NCBI GenBank assembly: GCA_964422745.1
Contig: CAYRCK010000010.1
Coordinates: 11,136-75,135 of the forward strand
From: an uncultured bacterium
GTDB taxonomy: Bacteria; Krumholzibacteriota; Krumholzibacteriia; Krumholzibacteriales; Krumholzibacteriaceae
Reading direction: 5' to 3'
DNA length: 64,000 nt
The notes under the pieces were generated by a model. The model saw nothing but the letters and a program-made list of their open reading frames with translations. It made no database searches and had not been told where the DNA came from. Positions 17,998 to 27,590 of this stretch are shown piece after piece; position 1 is the first letter of the stretch, and each line of letters starts with the position of its first letter. The translations under genes were made by a program, and so were the position numbers.

Positions 17998-18672
17998 ATG
18001 AAGGAATCCTCGAAGAAGGCGCAAAAGGTTCTATCCTCGCTGAAGAAGCTGTACCCGAACCCCCGGCACTATCTCGTATTCAACAATACATTCGAGCTGC
18101 TCATCGCGACCATACTGTCGGCCCAGTGCACCGACGCTAAGGTGAACGAGGTCACCCGCGGCCTGTTCGAGCGATACCCCGGCCCCGGGGACCTCGCAGG
18201 AGAGGGCATAGAGGCCATAGAGGAGGCCGTCAGGCCGACCGGTTTCTACAGAAACAAGGCCAAGGCCGTCAAGGCCGCTTCAAAAGAGATCCTCGAGCGG
18301 TTCGGCGGAAGGGTGCCCGGCACCATGGAAGAGCTTCTGACAATTCCCGGTATCGCCAGAAAATCCGCCAACGCCATCCTTCAGCATGGATTTTCCAAGG
18401 TCGAGGGCATCGTGGTGGACACGCACGTCTCGAGGCTCGCCTCACGGCTGGGCTGGACCGCCAACAGGGATCCCGTGAAGATCGAAGGGGACCTGACGTC
18501 CCTATTCGGCCGGGAGGATTGGATCTGGATACCGTTCTACCTGAAGAACCACGGACGCTCGGTGTGCAGGGCGCGCAGTCCCAAGTGCCCGGGGTGCGCC
18601 GTCTCCAACCTGTGTCCCGCGGCGGGATCTTTCGGCAGGGACAACCGCAGAAGAGGCGGGAAGCGCGTGTGA
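17998..18672 (+). CDS. nth: Endonuclease III
   Basis: LLIATILSAQCTD, HhH LPG/IPGIARKSAN, VDTHV, 4Fe-4S motif CRARSPKCPGCAVSNLC. Confidence 0.95.
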   Translation: MKESSKKAQKVLSSLKKLYPNPRHYLVFNNTFELLIATILSAQCTDAKVNEVTRGLFERYPGPGDLAGEGIEAIEEAVRPTGFYRNKAKAVKAASKEILERFGGRVPGTMEELLTIPGIARKSANAILQHGFSKVEGIVVDTHVSRLASRLGWTANRDPVKIEGDLTSLFGREDWIWIPFYLKNHGRSVCRARSPKCPGCAVSNLCPAAGSFGRDNRRRGGKRV

Positions 18673-18681
18673 ATTCGTCCC

Positions 18682-20226
18682 CTATTCGTTCTTCAGCATG
18701 TCGATGATCTCCTGTATCAGGGCCGTGCTCTCATCCGGGGGCACCGATTCCAGGTACCTCTCGTAAGCCTCTATAGCCCTATCATTCGCCTTATGCTCCT
18801 CGTACAGCTCGCCCAGCCTCTTGAACACCCAGGGCATCTCGCGCCTGACCCTGCCCTCGTCGATTTTGCGAAGGTTTTCCAGGTCCATCATCATCAGCAC
18901 CTTGTCCCCGATTCCCTCGTGCGCCCTGAAGAACATCGTACGGATCGAGAAGTCCTTCGGCCTATGTATTGATACAGTATTCAGATAGTCAAGGGCCTCC
19001 TCGTAGCGCTTCGCATTGAGGCAGCATACGGCCTTTTGCAGCTCGACCTCGGTTTTGGACATGGTCTCCTCGAGATAGGGCGATTCTAGTATCTCGATCG
19101 CCGTCTCGAATCCTATGCCGGCGGACAGCAACCTCGCCAGCTGGATGAATCCCCTCATGTATGAGGCATCCAATTCGCTAGCTCTAGCCAGGGCCTCCCG
19201 GCTCCCAACACCGTCATCCATGAATCCTCTCACAACCGCCATTGAGAAATGGAGGCCCGGATCATTGCCGTGGGTTTCGATGAGCCTCCCGTAGAGGGCG
19301 GCCGCCGATTCGAAATTGCCCACCACCAAAGAATCCTCCGCTTCCATCATCATATTCCATTTCTCGTAGACCGGGCTGCCCAGCTTCGAGGGATCGATCA
19401 ACGATTCCCTCACCACATCCCCCAGAAACCTGATATCCATCGGGCAGATCTCGTCGAGCGTAGACAGGTTCACCGTGGCGAAACGCGTCATCATCTTTTT
19501 CTCGCGCAGAACCCCTATAACATCGAGCATGGCCCTGGTCCCCACCTGCATCTGTGGAAAGATCGACTTCTGCCCCTTCACATAGGTCAGGTCGATATCC
19601 AGTATCACCTCTTCGTCGCCTACATCGAGATTTTCCAGATTCGTGATGAGGATCGGGACACCGCCGAGCTCCCCCTTGACATACTTCCCGCTGGGCTGGA
19701 GATTCGCCAGGGACTTCTCCCTGTATCCACGGCGCTGTTTCAGAAATGCCTTCAGAGTTTCTATCGGCTCCTCGCCCGGCGGAACCCTGGCGGGAAGCAC
19801 CCATATGACCCTCTTATAAAATCCGGCCTCGTAGCCGACATTTATCGTGCCCTTCCTCTCGATTAGGGTTGCCAGCCTGTCGATGACATCGATGTTGCCG
19901 CGCTTTAGATGCGCCCCGGCGTTCTCGATGTTGTGCCTGAATTCGGTAGCGAAAACTCCTATATCGTCCAGAGCGTCTATATGGACGAGCACGTCGGCCT
20001 TCACCCTATTCTCCGCCCAGATCTTCAAAACCTGCACCTCGTTCTCCGCCTTGGACACGTTCGTTAGAGGATCCTGCCACGCTACAACAGCCTCTTCGCG
20101 GCTGCAACCGGCCGACTGGCACAGGATCAAGACCAGGGTCAGCACCGCCAGCGATCCAGCAATACTCGTTTTGCATCCAACCACGTTATCTCCCTTTCTA
20201 CAGACTGGTCGTAATCGTTTATGCAT
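18682..20226 (-). CDS. Putative lipoprotein: arginase/UPF0489-like N-terminal domain plus TPR repeats
   Basis: Lipobox QSAGC; HIDALDD and LDIDL motifs; helical TPR-like C-terminal half. Start uncertain. Confidence 0.6.
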   Translation of the reverse strand: MHKRLRPVCRKGDNVVGCKTSIAGSLAVLTLVLILCQSAGCSREEAVVAWQDPLTNVSKAENEVQVLKIWAENRVKADVLVHIDALDDIGVFATEFRHNIENAGAHLKRGNIDVIDRLATLIERKGTINVGYEAGFYKRVIWVLPARVPPGEEPIETLKAFLKQRRGYREKSLANLQPSGKYVKGELGGVPILITNLENLDVGDEEVILDIDLTYVKGQKSIFPQMQVGTRAMLDVIGVLREKKMMTRFATVNLSTLDEICPMDIRFLGDVVRESLIDPSKLGSPVYEKWNMMMEAEDSLVVGNFESAAALYGRLIETHGNDPGLHFSMAVVRGFMDDGVGSREALARASELDASYMRGFIQLARLLSAGIGFETAIEILESPYLEETMSKTEVELQKAVCCLNAKRYEEALDYLNTVSIHRPKDFSIRTMFFRAHEGIGDKVLMMMDLENLRKIDEGRVRREMPWVFKRLGELYEEHKANDRAIEAYERYLESVPPDESTALIQEIIDMLKNE

Positions 20227-20471
20227 CCGGGGTGCCGGACAGATCTCCCGCGCACCGCCGGAAATCCGGCATGTCCGCCCCCCTTATCGGTCGAGCCGGG
20301 GACGTCACCGCCGGCGCCCATGTCACGGCATCGTTCCCGGGGCCCTGACGGCGCCGTACCGGTGCTTGACATCCGTTCATTCTAAACTATATCCTTGACG
20401 GCTGTAAAGGGCTTGTACCTCAGGTGGATTCGACTTCGAGGGGCAAGTTGTCTTCCAGCAAGGAGAAATCT

Positions 20472-21677
20472 ATGCTTAAAGATCTTCTCAGACCGAACGA
20501 TTCGAAGATTATCCTCCTGATCATGGATGGGCTTGGCGGAATCAGGAACGATGATTTCCCGAAGACCGCCCTCGATGCCGCCGAGACCCCGAACCTCGAC
20601 AGGCTTGCACGAGAGGGACTTTGCGGTAGGACCATGCCGATATCGACCGGCATCACGCCGGGAAGCGGACCGGCCCATTTCGCGCTGTTCGGCTATGACC
20701 CTCTTGCGCCCGAAAACGACGTCGGGAGAGGCGCCCTCGAGATAACCGGTGTTGGATACGAACTCGCAGAGGGGGACGTGGCCATAAGGGGCAACTTCGC
20801 CACGATGGATCCTGACGGCGTGCTCACCGACAGGCGGGCAGGACGTATTCCGCACGAAGAATGCGAGCGTCTATGTGAAAAACTAGGAGAAGGGATCACG
20901 GAGATCGATGGAGCGGAAATTACGATCATGCCCGTTCGCGAATACAGATTCGGCGTCGTGCTCAAAGGTGACGGATTGTCCGCGGAAGTAGATGAAACCG
21001 ATCCTCAGCTTACTGGTGAGAGACCGCTCATCCCCAGGGCCCGCCGCAAGGAAGCGGAGCGCACGGCCAAGATCATCGGTGAGTTCGTGAAGATGTCGAA
21101 CGGGATACTCTCTGACGAGGAGAAGGCGAACACCGTGCTCATGAGGGGCATCTCCATGAAACCAGTCATCGAACCCTTCAAGGAAAGGTTCGGCCTCGAG
21201 GCCGCGGCAATAGCCGCTTACCCGCTCTACAGGGGGGTCGCCGGCCTCTGCGGAATGAAGCTTATACCAACGGGATTCACGGTAGAGGAGGAGTTCGAGA
21301 CGGTTCGCTCCATATACGGCGGCGGCTACGACTTTTTCTTCATCCACATCAAGAAGACGGACTCCTACGGGGAGGACGGCAATCTGGAGGGCAAGGTCAA
21401 GGTGATCGAGGAGGTGGACTCTAACCTCCCCGCGCTACTCGACCTGAAGCCACAGACGATAGTCGTAACCGGCGATCACTCGACCCCGTGCGCACTGAAG
21501 AGCCACTCGTGGCATCCAGTTCCATTCTTGATTAATTCGAAGTTCTGCGGCAGGGACCGAACCGGCGCGTTCAGTGAAGAGGAATGCGACCGCGGGGCCC
21601 TCGGTGTTTTCCAGGCCGAGAAGATCATGGAGCTCGCACTTGCCAACTCAGGCAAGCTGAAGAAGCACGGTGCCTAG
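20472..21677 (+). CDS. apgM: 2,3-BPG-independent phosphoglycerate mutase (archaeal-type ApgM)
   Basis: MDGLGG, A.TPNLD, PGSGPAH, GRGALE, HIKKTDSYGEDG, TGDHSTP..HSWHPVP; AGGAG RBS before ATG 20472. Confidence 0.92.
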   Translation: MLKDLLRPNDSKIILLIMDGLGGIRNDDFPKTALDAAETPNLDRLAREGLCGRTMPISTGITPGSGPAHFALFGYDPLAPENDVGRGALEITGVGYELAEGDVAIRGNFATMDPDGVLTDRRAGRIPHEECERLCEKLGEGITEIDGAEITIMPVREYRFGVVLKGDGLSAEVDETDPQLTGERPLIPRARRKEAERTAKIIGEFVKMSNGILSDEEKANTVLMRGISMKPVIEPFKERFGLEAAAIAAYPLYRGVAGLCGMKLIPTGFTVEEEFETVRSIYGGGYDFFFIHIKKTDSYGEDGNLEGKVKVIEEVDSNLPALLDLKPQTIVVTGDHSTPCALKSHSWHPVPFLINSKFCGRDRTGAFSEEECDRGALGVFQAEKIMELALANSGKLKKHGA

Positions 21678-21700
21678 CAGTGGGGATCTCCGCCAACCGC

Positions 21701-23101
21701 TCATTCCCGGCTCAAACGGAAAGTCGATACGACCTTTTCGATATTAGAGATACCCATCCTCTCCTTATCCTCGTCACCACCCGCAGCGGAGGTCAGCCTC
21801 AAGGTGTAGAGTTTACCCCCCCTGCTCATCATCGCCCACTCCCACATCCCGCCGCCCCTCTTCCCGGATTCTCTCCTGAAGGCCCACTTGCCGTAAGCGG
21901 CCAGCTCCTCCGAGTCCCCTATCGGGATTCTCTTCGAACCGTCCATCTGCATATCCCGGTCGCCCTGGGTGGCGATATACGTGGCTAATAATTCGTGAAT
22001 ATCCTGGAGTATTATCTCGCTGCGCGCCGTCGGGTGCCAATGGACCTCGAGCTCCAACAGGCCTATGTTGGATTCGGCGGCCCACTTCACCATCCCCGCT
22101 TCCCTGCTTCCGTATCCGTCCTTGACGGCGAACGCTTCGTGAAGATCGAAGGTGAAATCCGGATTCACCGTCGAGGGTATCTCGTGGCCGTAAACGGCCT
22201 GGACGTTGAAGGGAAAGAGGTTGCTCATTAGATAATTCCGTGTTCCCTGGATCTCTATCGATGAGGCGGCCTCCACGACACCGGCCCCGCGCTTCATCAT
22301 CTCTATGCATCGATTCCTCAACTCGATTATATACCCTCTCTGCGCCGCCAGCTCCTCCGGTCCGCATACATATCCGTCGCCCGGAACGATGTATTCGTGG
22401 TCCATCCCCTCCAGCACGCTCAGGGCCTCCATCCATCCGTCCAGGTCTCCCCCCGGATCTCCTAGGTTCGGATGGTATCCCCTGCTGACGAGCCCCCCCG
22501 TGAAGACGACGCCCTCCCCGGGAACGGAGACGATGCAATCTCCCTCCGTATGCGCCGGCCCCAGACTTCTCAGAAGGACGGAAACGCCTCCAAGATCCAG
22601 CGTCAGATCGCCCGAGAACGTGCTGTCCGGAAGGACGATACGAACACCCTTGAGCATCTCGTAGGCGGCGGGCTTCCTCTCCCGGTAGTATCTAAGATAA
22701 GCCCCTGAATACCTGGCCAGGTTCCTCTTGGTCGGCTCAGACGAAACCACGAGGGCCCCGGCATCCTTGAAAACCGAATTCCCCCATGCGTTCTCTGGGT
22801 GATAGTGCGTGTCCACGAGATACAGCACCGGAGAATCCGTAACGGACCGCACCGCCCCCATCAGCTCCCCGGCCAGGGCCGGAGTGTACCTGGAATCTAC
22901 AACAAGAACACCGTCCCTTCCGACAACGAATCCACAGTTGGCCCCGAGCCCCTGCTCCGCATCCGCACCTTCGGGTATGAACGCATAGACGCGCTCGGTC
23001 ACCTTCACGAGCCCTGTGCGTTCCATGCGTCCGTCGCAGCCCGAGGCGATCGATAGGGCGGCGGGGATCAGCAGTGAGACGAGTTTTTTCAAATCATGCA
23101 A
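21701..23101 (-). CDS. Metallo-beta-lactamase-fold lipoprotein with C-terminal extension
   Basis: Lipobox IASGC; ANCGFVVG..GVLVVD; THYHPEN; AHTEGD; PGDG. Confidence 0.8.
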   Translation of the reverse strand: MHDLKKLVSLLIPAALSIASGCDGRMERTGLVKVTERVYAFIPEGADAEQGLGANCGFVVGRDGVLVVDSRYTPALAGELMGAVRSVTDSPVLYLVDTHYHPENAWGNSVFKDAGALVVSSEPTKRNLARYSGAYLRYYRERKPAAYEMLKGVRIVLPDSTFSGDLTLDLGGVSVLLRSLGPAHTEGDCIVSVPGEGVVFTGGLVSRGYHPNLGDPGGDLDGWMEALSVLEGMDHEYIVPGDGYVCGPEELAAQRGYIIELRNRCIEMMKRGAGVVEAASSIEIQGTRNYLMSNLFPFNVQAVYGHEIPSTVNPDFTFDLHEAFAVKDGYGSREAGMVKWAAESNIGLLELEVHWHPTARSEIILQDIHELLATYIATQGDRDMQMDGSKRIPIGDSEELAAYGKWAFRRESGKRGGGMWEWAMMSRGGKLYTLRLTSAAGGDEDKERMGISNIEKVVSTFRLSRE

Positions 23102-23133
23102 CCCCCTTGTATAAACCTAAATCCTGCCGTCTC

Positions 23134-24750
23134 TCAGTCCGAGGCCACGAAAAGCACTAGCTCACCGGACCTGTAGAGAACATCGAGCTCGGACGGAAAC
23201 ACTCCCTGTCCGTTCAGGGCGTTCATGTCCGCCGCCGTGGATATATATATCCGCTCCTTATCCCCAGCGATCTCCCTTCCCACGTCACCCGGCTCGTAGC
23301 ACGTTCTATCCAGCGATATATCACCGTAGAAGAGAATCCTCGCCGCGTATTCACCGTAATCCAACCGGTAATTGCCCAGACGTTCACCCTTCCCCGCCAG
23401 CCTTCCGGCTACCTCGGCAATATCCTTGACCGGATCATTGTAAACCTTATGAAATCTGAGCGGCGTCATCACAAGCAGCAGCATCAGCAGGCAGAAGATT
23501 GCGATCATCGCCTGGTTGAAAGACCAGAGCCTCTTCACTCCGTCGCCGGCGATGCCCCTGTCACGCTTGTCATCGATACCTATCCCTGTATCCCCCCGCC
23601 CTGAGCCCTCCGCCGCCCGCCTTTCACCGGCCGCCTCTTTCCGGGGTGCCTCATAGCCTGTCAGAGCGCCACTCCACCTGGCGATCTCCCTGGCCGATAA
23701 AACCGCGGCAGGCGCAAGAGCCGGTACAAACGAAACCGCGCCACCCCGCCCGCCCGCGGCCGCCGCAAGTAGAATTGCGATCGTGAATACGATGAGCGTG
23801 CCGTCGATCTCCGAAAGAGCGCTCCCTTTCCTCGGTTCCCCTCTTAAGAAGACGATCCTCAATACGGCTGCCGTTGCCGGTATGGACCAAGGGAGAGATC
23901 CCTTCCAGGCTTCCCACATACCCTGCAAGAAGGCGCGGGCGACATCCGCCGGGGAGCTGAATATCCCCAATGCGGCAGTCCAAAGATCACTCCCGGAGAA
24001 GCCTTCCGATCCTGTAACAGCGGCCCATGCCAGCCACGATCCGCCTGCGGCCAAAGCAAGGGCGGTCGAGCCCAGAAAGAGGGGATCGCCCCACACCCGG
24101 CGCCCACGCCCGCTCACGATCATGCAAACGAGTGCAGCCGGCACGAGAAAGAATCCACCCGAACCGCCGGTGAGGATGCTCCCCACGAGCCCCACACCCC
24201 ACATTGCCGCTCCGCTCCTCCTGCCGGGCATTATCAGCCATCCGAGCACGGCGAGAATCGAAAAGAAGGACAGCGGCACATCACTGGTAACGTGAGGGGC
24301 GTACTTCCCAAAAAGAGGGCTCGCCGCCAGCACTATTGCCGATAGAAGACCGATCGCTCTCGCGCGGGTGATCCACCCGAGGCCGGCGGAGATCCCACGA
24401 TCGCCCAGGGCACCGACGAGGAAAACAATATAAAGTGTCATTACGGAGAATAGGACGAACGGCAGACGCGCGGCGAAAACATTCGAACCGAATGTCTTGA
24501 TTGAAAGGGCTATAGCCCATGGGGTGACCGGCGGGACACCGAGCACCCGATCGCCGTCCAGAGTCAGGATCCAGGGTCTCCCGCCTATTGCCGCCTCGCG
24601 TCCCGTTTCAGCGATCTCCACCTCACCGGGCCATGGGAGCGCACCCTCCCATGTTCCCCATCCCGCCACCACCATGGCCGAGACGAAGAACAGCAGCACA
24701 AGAAGAGGACCCTTGCCCTGCTCTCCCGTTAGAAAGGGCAGTTCGGACAA
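23134..24750 (-). CDS. GT-C (ArnT/PMT, GT39/83-like) membrane glycosyltransferase
   Basis: Many TM helices; PP..W.IALS..FG...AARLP; D.PL motif. Confidence 0.75.
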   Translation of the reverse strand: MSELPFLTGEQGKGPLLVLLFFVSAMVVAGWGTWEGALPWPGEVEIAETGREAAIGGRPWILTLDGDRVLGVPPVTPWAIALSIKTFGSNVFAARLPFVLFSVMTLYIVFLVGALGDRGISAGLGWITRARAIGLLSAIVLAASPLFGKYAPHVTSDVPLSFFSILAVLGWLIMPGRRSGAAMWGVGLVGSILTGGSGGFFLVPAALVCMIVSGRGRRVWGDPLFLGSTALALAAGGSWLAWAAVTGSEGFSGSDLWTAALGIFSSPADVARAFLQGMWEAWKGSLPWSIPATAAVLRIVFLRGEPRKGSALSEIDGTLIVFTIAILLAAAAGGRGGAVSFVPALAPAAVLSAREIARWSGALTGYEAPRKEAAGERRAAEGSGRGDTGIGIDDKRDRGIAGDGVKRLWSFNQAMIAIFCLLMLLLVMTPLRFHKVYNDPVKDIAEVAGRLAGKGERLGNYRLDYGEYAARILFYGDISLDRTCYEPGDVGREIAGDKERIYISTAADMNALNGQGVFPSELDVLYRSGELVLFVASD

Positions 24751-24949
24751 TCGTTCCCCCGTTCGACACGTTGATCACCTTAGTGATCGGATCAATTCAG
24801 CGATCAGTAAATCCCCCACACGCCCGTATGGCGGCTACGGGGACCGGAATCCAACAGGTAAGAATATAGACCAGATGCGCAAATATTTCCATGCGAACCT
24901 ATAAGGCTAAACGGAGTTCAACATCCGCCTCTTGAATTTCACCGGGCCA

Positions 24950-25279
24950 TCAGCCCAGTGCCTTGTCTATAAACTCCTTTAGATACTCCTTCGGGGCCGC
25001 TCCCGACATCGAATCTATCTCACCGCCGTCCCTGAAGATCTTCAGCGTGGGAATTCCCATGATCCCGTACTTGGCAGCCGTCTCCCGGTTGTTGTCGGTG
25101 TTCAGCTTGGCGAACTTCACCTTCTCCCCGTATTCCTTCGCCAGCTCCTCTATGGCAGGGGCTATGATATTGCACGGAGCGCACCATGGCGCCCAGAAGT
25201 CCACCACCACGGGGACCTCCGACTTAAGCACCTTGTCCTCGAAATCGCCGTCACCGACATGCATCAAATCGTCACTCAT
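24950..25279 (-). CDS. trxA: Thioredoxin
   Basis: DFWAPWCAPC, KLNTD, GIPTL. Confidence 0.95.
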   Translation of the reverse strand: MSDDLMHVGDGDFEDKVLKSEVPVVVDFWAPWCAPCNIIAPAIEELAKEYGEKVKFAKLNTDNNRETAAKYGIMGIPTLKIFRDGGEIDSMSGAAPKEYLKEFIDKALG

Positions 25280-25297
25280 CTCGTCCTTCCTTATGTC

Positions 25298-25636
25298 TCA
25301 ATCCTTATTACCGCATCTATTCAAGCAACTGAGTAAATTAATTATCCCCTTGTCCTTCAAGCTGTAATACGCAAACGGAACCTCCTTCCTGCACTTGACA
25401 ATATTATTTAACCGTAGATTTTTCAACTGTTGGGATACCTGAGACTGCTTAAGCCCCGAAAGCTCGCAGAGCTCCGATACCGTCCACTCACCCCCCGACA
25501 GCATGTTCACGAGCAGCAGCCTGGCCGGATTCGCCAATGACTTCAGAACCTCCGCACATCTTTCGATATCGGCCTCCGGCAGCGGCCATGCGCCCTTCGC
25601 CCCGCTCCCATAGCTGTCGCCCTTTCCTTTCATCAT
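25298..25636 (-). CDS. ArsR/SmtB-family transcriptional regulator
   Basis: LKSLANPARL..V.EL..SQVSQQL..LR..YYSL. Confidence 0.9.
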   Translation of the reverse strand: MMKGKGDSYGSGAKGAWPLPEADIERCAEVLKSLANPARLLLVNMLSGGEWTVSELCELSGLKQSQVSQQLKNLRLNNIVKCRKEVPFAYYSLKDKGIINLLSCLNRCGNKD

Positions 25637-25642
25637 GATATC

Positions 25643-25670
25643 ATTATATTATAATATAAAAATAATGCAA
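25643..25670 (-). promoter_or_regulatory. Promoter of arsR-trxA overlapped by a perfect 16-bp palindrome
   Basis: TTGCAT-16 nt-TATAAT on the minus strand; TTATATTATAATATAA at 25644-25659 is self-complementary. Confidence 0.6.
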
Positions 25671-25724
25671 GATAAATCTCTTCCCATCGAAAAAACATAA
25701 AAATCGACTGACGAGCTAATCTGC

Positions 25725-25754
25725 TTGACACCCCTTCAAGAAACTACTTAGAGT
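25725..25754 (+). promoter_or_regulatory. Sigma70-type promoter for dapAB
   Basis: TTGACA-18 nt-TAGAGT. Confidence 0.5.
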
Positions 25755-25902
25755 CGAATCGATACCTAGCGAGTGATATCGGGTAACCGTGAAGTGCCCT
25801 CAATATAGACCTTTCCCGCAGGGAGTGGTACAGGGGGTGAGTTTTGTCGCAGCTGCGCCTTAACTTCGGAGCGGGGCAGTGAGATAGAAGGAGGTAGGGG
25901 CC

Positions 25903-26790
25903 ATGTTAAGAGGGTTGTATGTCGCGCTTGTGACACCGTTCAACGCCGACAGCAGCTTGAACGAGGAAAAGCTGAGAGAGCTGGTCAGGTTTCATGTCGA
26001 TGCCGGTACCGACGGTCTCGTCCCGTGCGCGACTACGAGCGAGAATCCCGCATACACATGGGAAGAGCACTTTAAAATAATGGAGACGGTGGTTGACGAA
26101 GCCGCCGGAAGGTTGAATGTCGTCGCGGGCTGTGGAACGAATTCGACCACCAAATCCATCGAGAACATAGTGAAGGGCCGGGAGCTGGGCATAGACGGCG
26201 CAATGGTTGTAACACCTTACTACAACAAGCCTACCCAGGAAGGGCTCTACGCGCACTTCATGAAGCTCGCGGACGAAGGCGGCCTGCCCCTCATGCTCTA
26301 CAACGTCCCCGGACGAACCGGAGTGAATATGAAGCCTTCGACCGTTGCGAGGCTCGCCAAGCACGATAATATCGTGGCTGTAAAGGAGGCCAGCGGAAAC
26401 GTCGAGCAGATGTCCGAGATCATCCATCTGTGCGGTTCCGACATATCTCTGCTGTCGGGGGACGACGCCATAACACTCCCCATACTGTCCATCGGGGGGA
26501 AGGGCGTCGTAAGCGTTGTCGGAAACATCGTGCCGAAGGACGTGCTCTCGATGATCGCGGCGTTCGAAAAGGGGAACATGGCCGAAGCGCTCGAATGGCA
26601 CTACAAGCTTCTGCCCCTGAACCAGTCGATGTTCATAGAGACCAACCCGATGCCGGTCAAAGAGGCGATGAACATCATCGGCATGGAGGTTGGAGATGTA
26701 AGGCTGCCGCTGGTCAGGATGCTCCCCGAGAACAGGGAGAAGCTGAGGGGCGCGCTCGAGGAATACGGCCTGCAGAAGGTGGCCGTCTAG
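25903..26790 (+). CDS. dapA: 4-hydroxy-tetrahydrodipicolinate synthase
   Basis: ALVTPF, ATTSE, PYYNKP.QEG, LYNVPGRT, KEASG, LSGDD, FIETNP.PVK. Confidence 0.95.
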   Translation: MLRGLYVALVTPFNADSSLNEEKLRELVRFHVDAGTDGLVPCATTSENPAYTWEEHFKIMETVVDEAAGRLNVVAGCGTNSTTKSIENIVKGRELGIDGAMVVTPYYNKPTQEGLYAHFMKLADEGGLPLMLYNVPGRTGVNMKPSTVARLAKHDNIVAVKEASGNVEQMSEIIHLCGSDISLLSGDDAITLPILSIGGKGVVSVVGNIVPKDVLSMIAAFEKGNMAEALEWHYKLLPLNQSMFIETNPMPVKEAMNIIGMEVGDVRLPLVRMLPENREKLRGALEEYGLQKVAV

Positions 26791-26813
26791 ATCGAAATCC
26801 GGGGTTGTTTGCA

Positions 26814-27578
26814 ATGATAAGGATAATCATCAATGGAGCCCTAGGCAGGATGGGCAGATTGATCACCGAAGAGGTGGAAGCGGATAACGGCCTCGAGCTC
26901 GCCGGTGCGGTCGAAGCCGCCGGTCATGAAGGGCTGGGAACCGCCGTTTCGGGAATAGAGGTAACGGACAGCCTGCGGGAGATCATTGAAAAAGGAGACG
27001 TGATCGTAGATTTCACGAATCCGGAGTCGGCGCTCGGCCTCATCCATGCATGCTCCGAATCCAAGAAAGCGGCGGTTGTGGGCACGACGGGATTCTCGGT
27101 GGAGCAGCTCGTAGAGATTCGAAAGGCATCCGAAAAAACCGCGCTGTTCATGAGCCCTAATATGTCGGTAGGCGTCAATCTGATGTTCAAGGTGACCGGG
27201 GACGTGGCGGCGGCGCTTCCCGATTTCGACATCGAGATATCGGAGATCCATCACAACAGGAAAAAGGACTCGCCCAGCGGAACCGCCTCCAAGCTTGCGG
27301 ATATCGTAGAGGAGGCGAGGCCCGGGGCCGATCGCGTCCACGGACGCCGCGGCATGGTCGGCACACGCAACAAGAAGGAGATAGGGATACACTCGCTTCG
27401 GGGCGGGGATGTCGTGGGCGAACACACCGTGGTCTTCGCGGGCGAAGGAGAGCGTTTCGAATTGACTCACAGGGCGCACTCGCGCAGAACGTTCGCGCGC
27501 GGCGCCATCCGGGCCATGCATTTCATCTCGAACAAGAGGCCCGGGCTGTACTCCATGGCCGACGTACTCGGATTCTGA
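26814..27578 (+). CDS. dapB: 4-hydroxy-tetrahydrodipicolinate reductase
   Basis: GALGRMG, DFT.P, GTTG, EIHHNRKKDSPSGTA, FARGA. True start ATG 26814; the ORF-track extension to 26430 overlaps dapA. Confidence 0.95.
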   Translation: MIRIIINGALGRMGRLITEEVEADNGLELAGAVEAAGHEGLGTAVSGIEVTDSLREIIEKGDVIVDFTNPESALGLIHACSESKKAAVVGTTGFSVEQLVEIRKASEKTALFMSPNMSVGVNLMFKVTGDVAAALPDFDIEISEIHHNRKKDSPSGTASKLADIVEEARPGADRVHGRRGMVGTRNKKEIGIHSLRGGDVVGEHTVVFAGEGERFELTHRAHSRRTFARGAIRAMHFISNKRPGLYSMADVLGF

Positions 27579-27590
27579 TGATCCCAGGGG

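Noticed and set aside
25761-25902. Canonical lysine riboswitch, T-box or ykkC motif before dapA
   Set aside because: Too short and lacks the conserved blocks; GTGGTAC only loosely resembles a T-box. Kept only as an unclassified leader.
26430-26813. N-terminal extension of dapB in the ORF track
   Set aside because: Overlaps dapA in another frame; homology starts at MIRIIING (26814).
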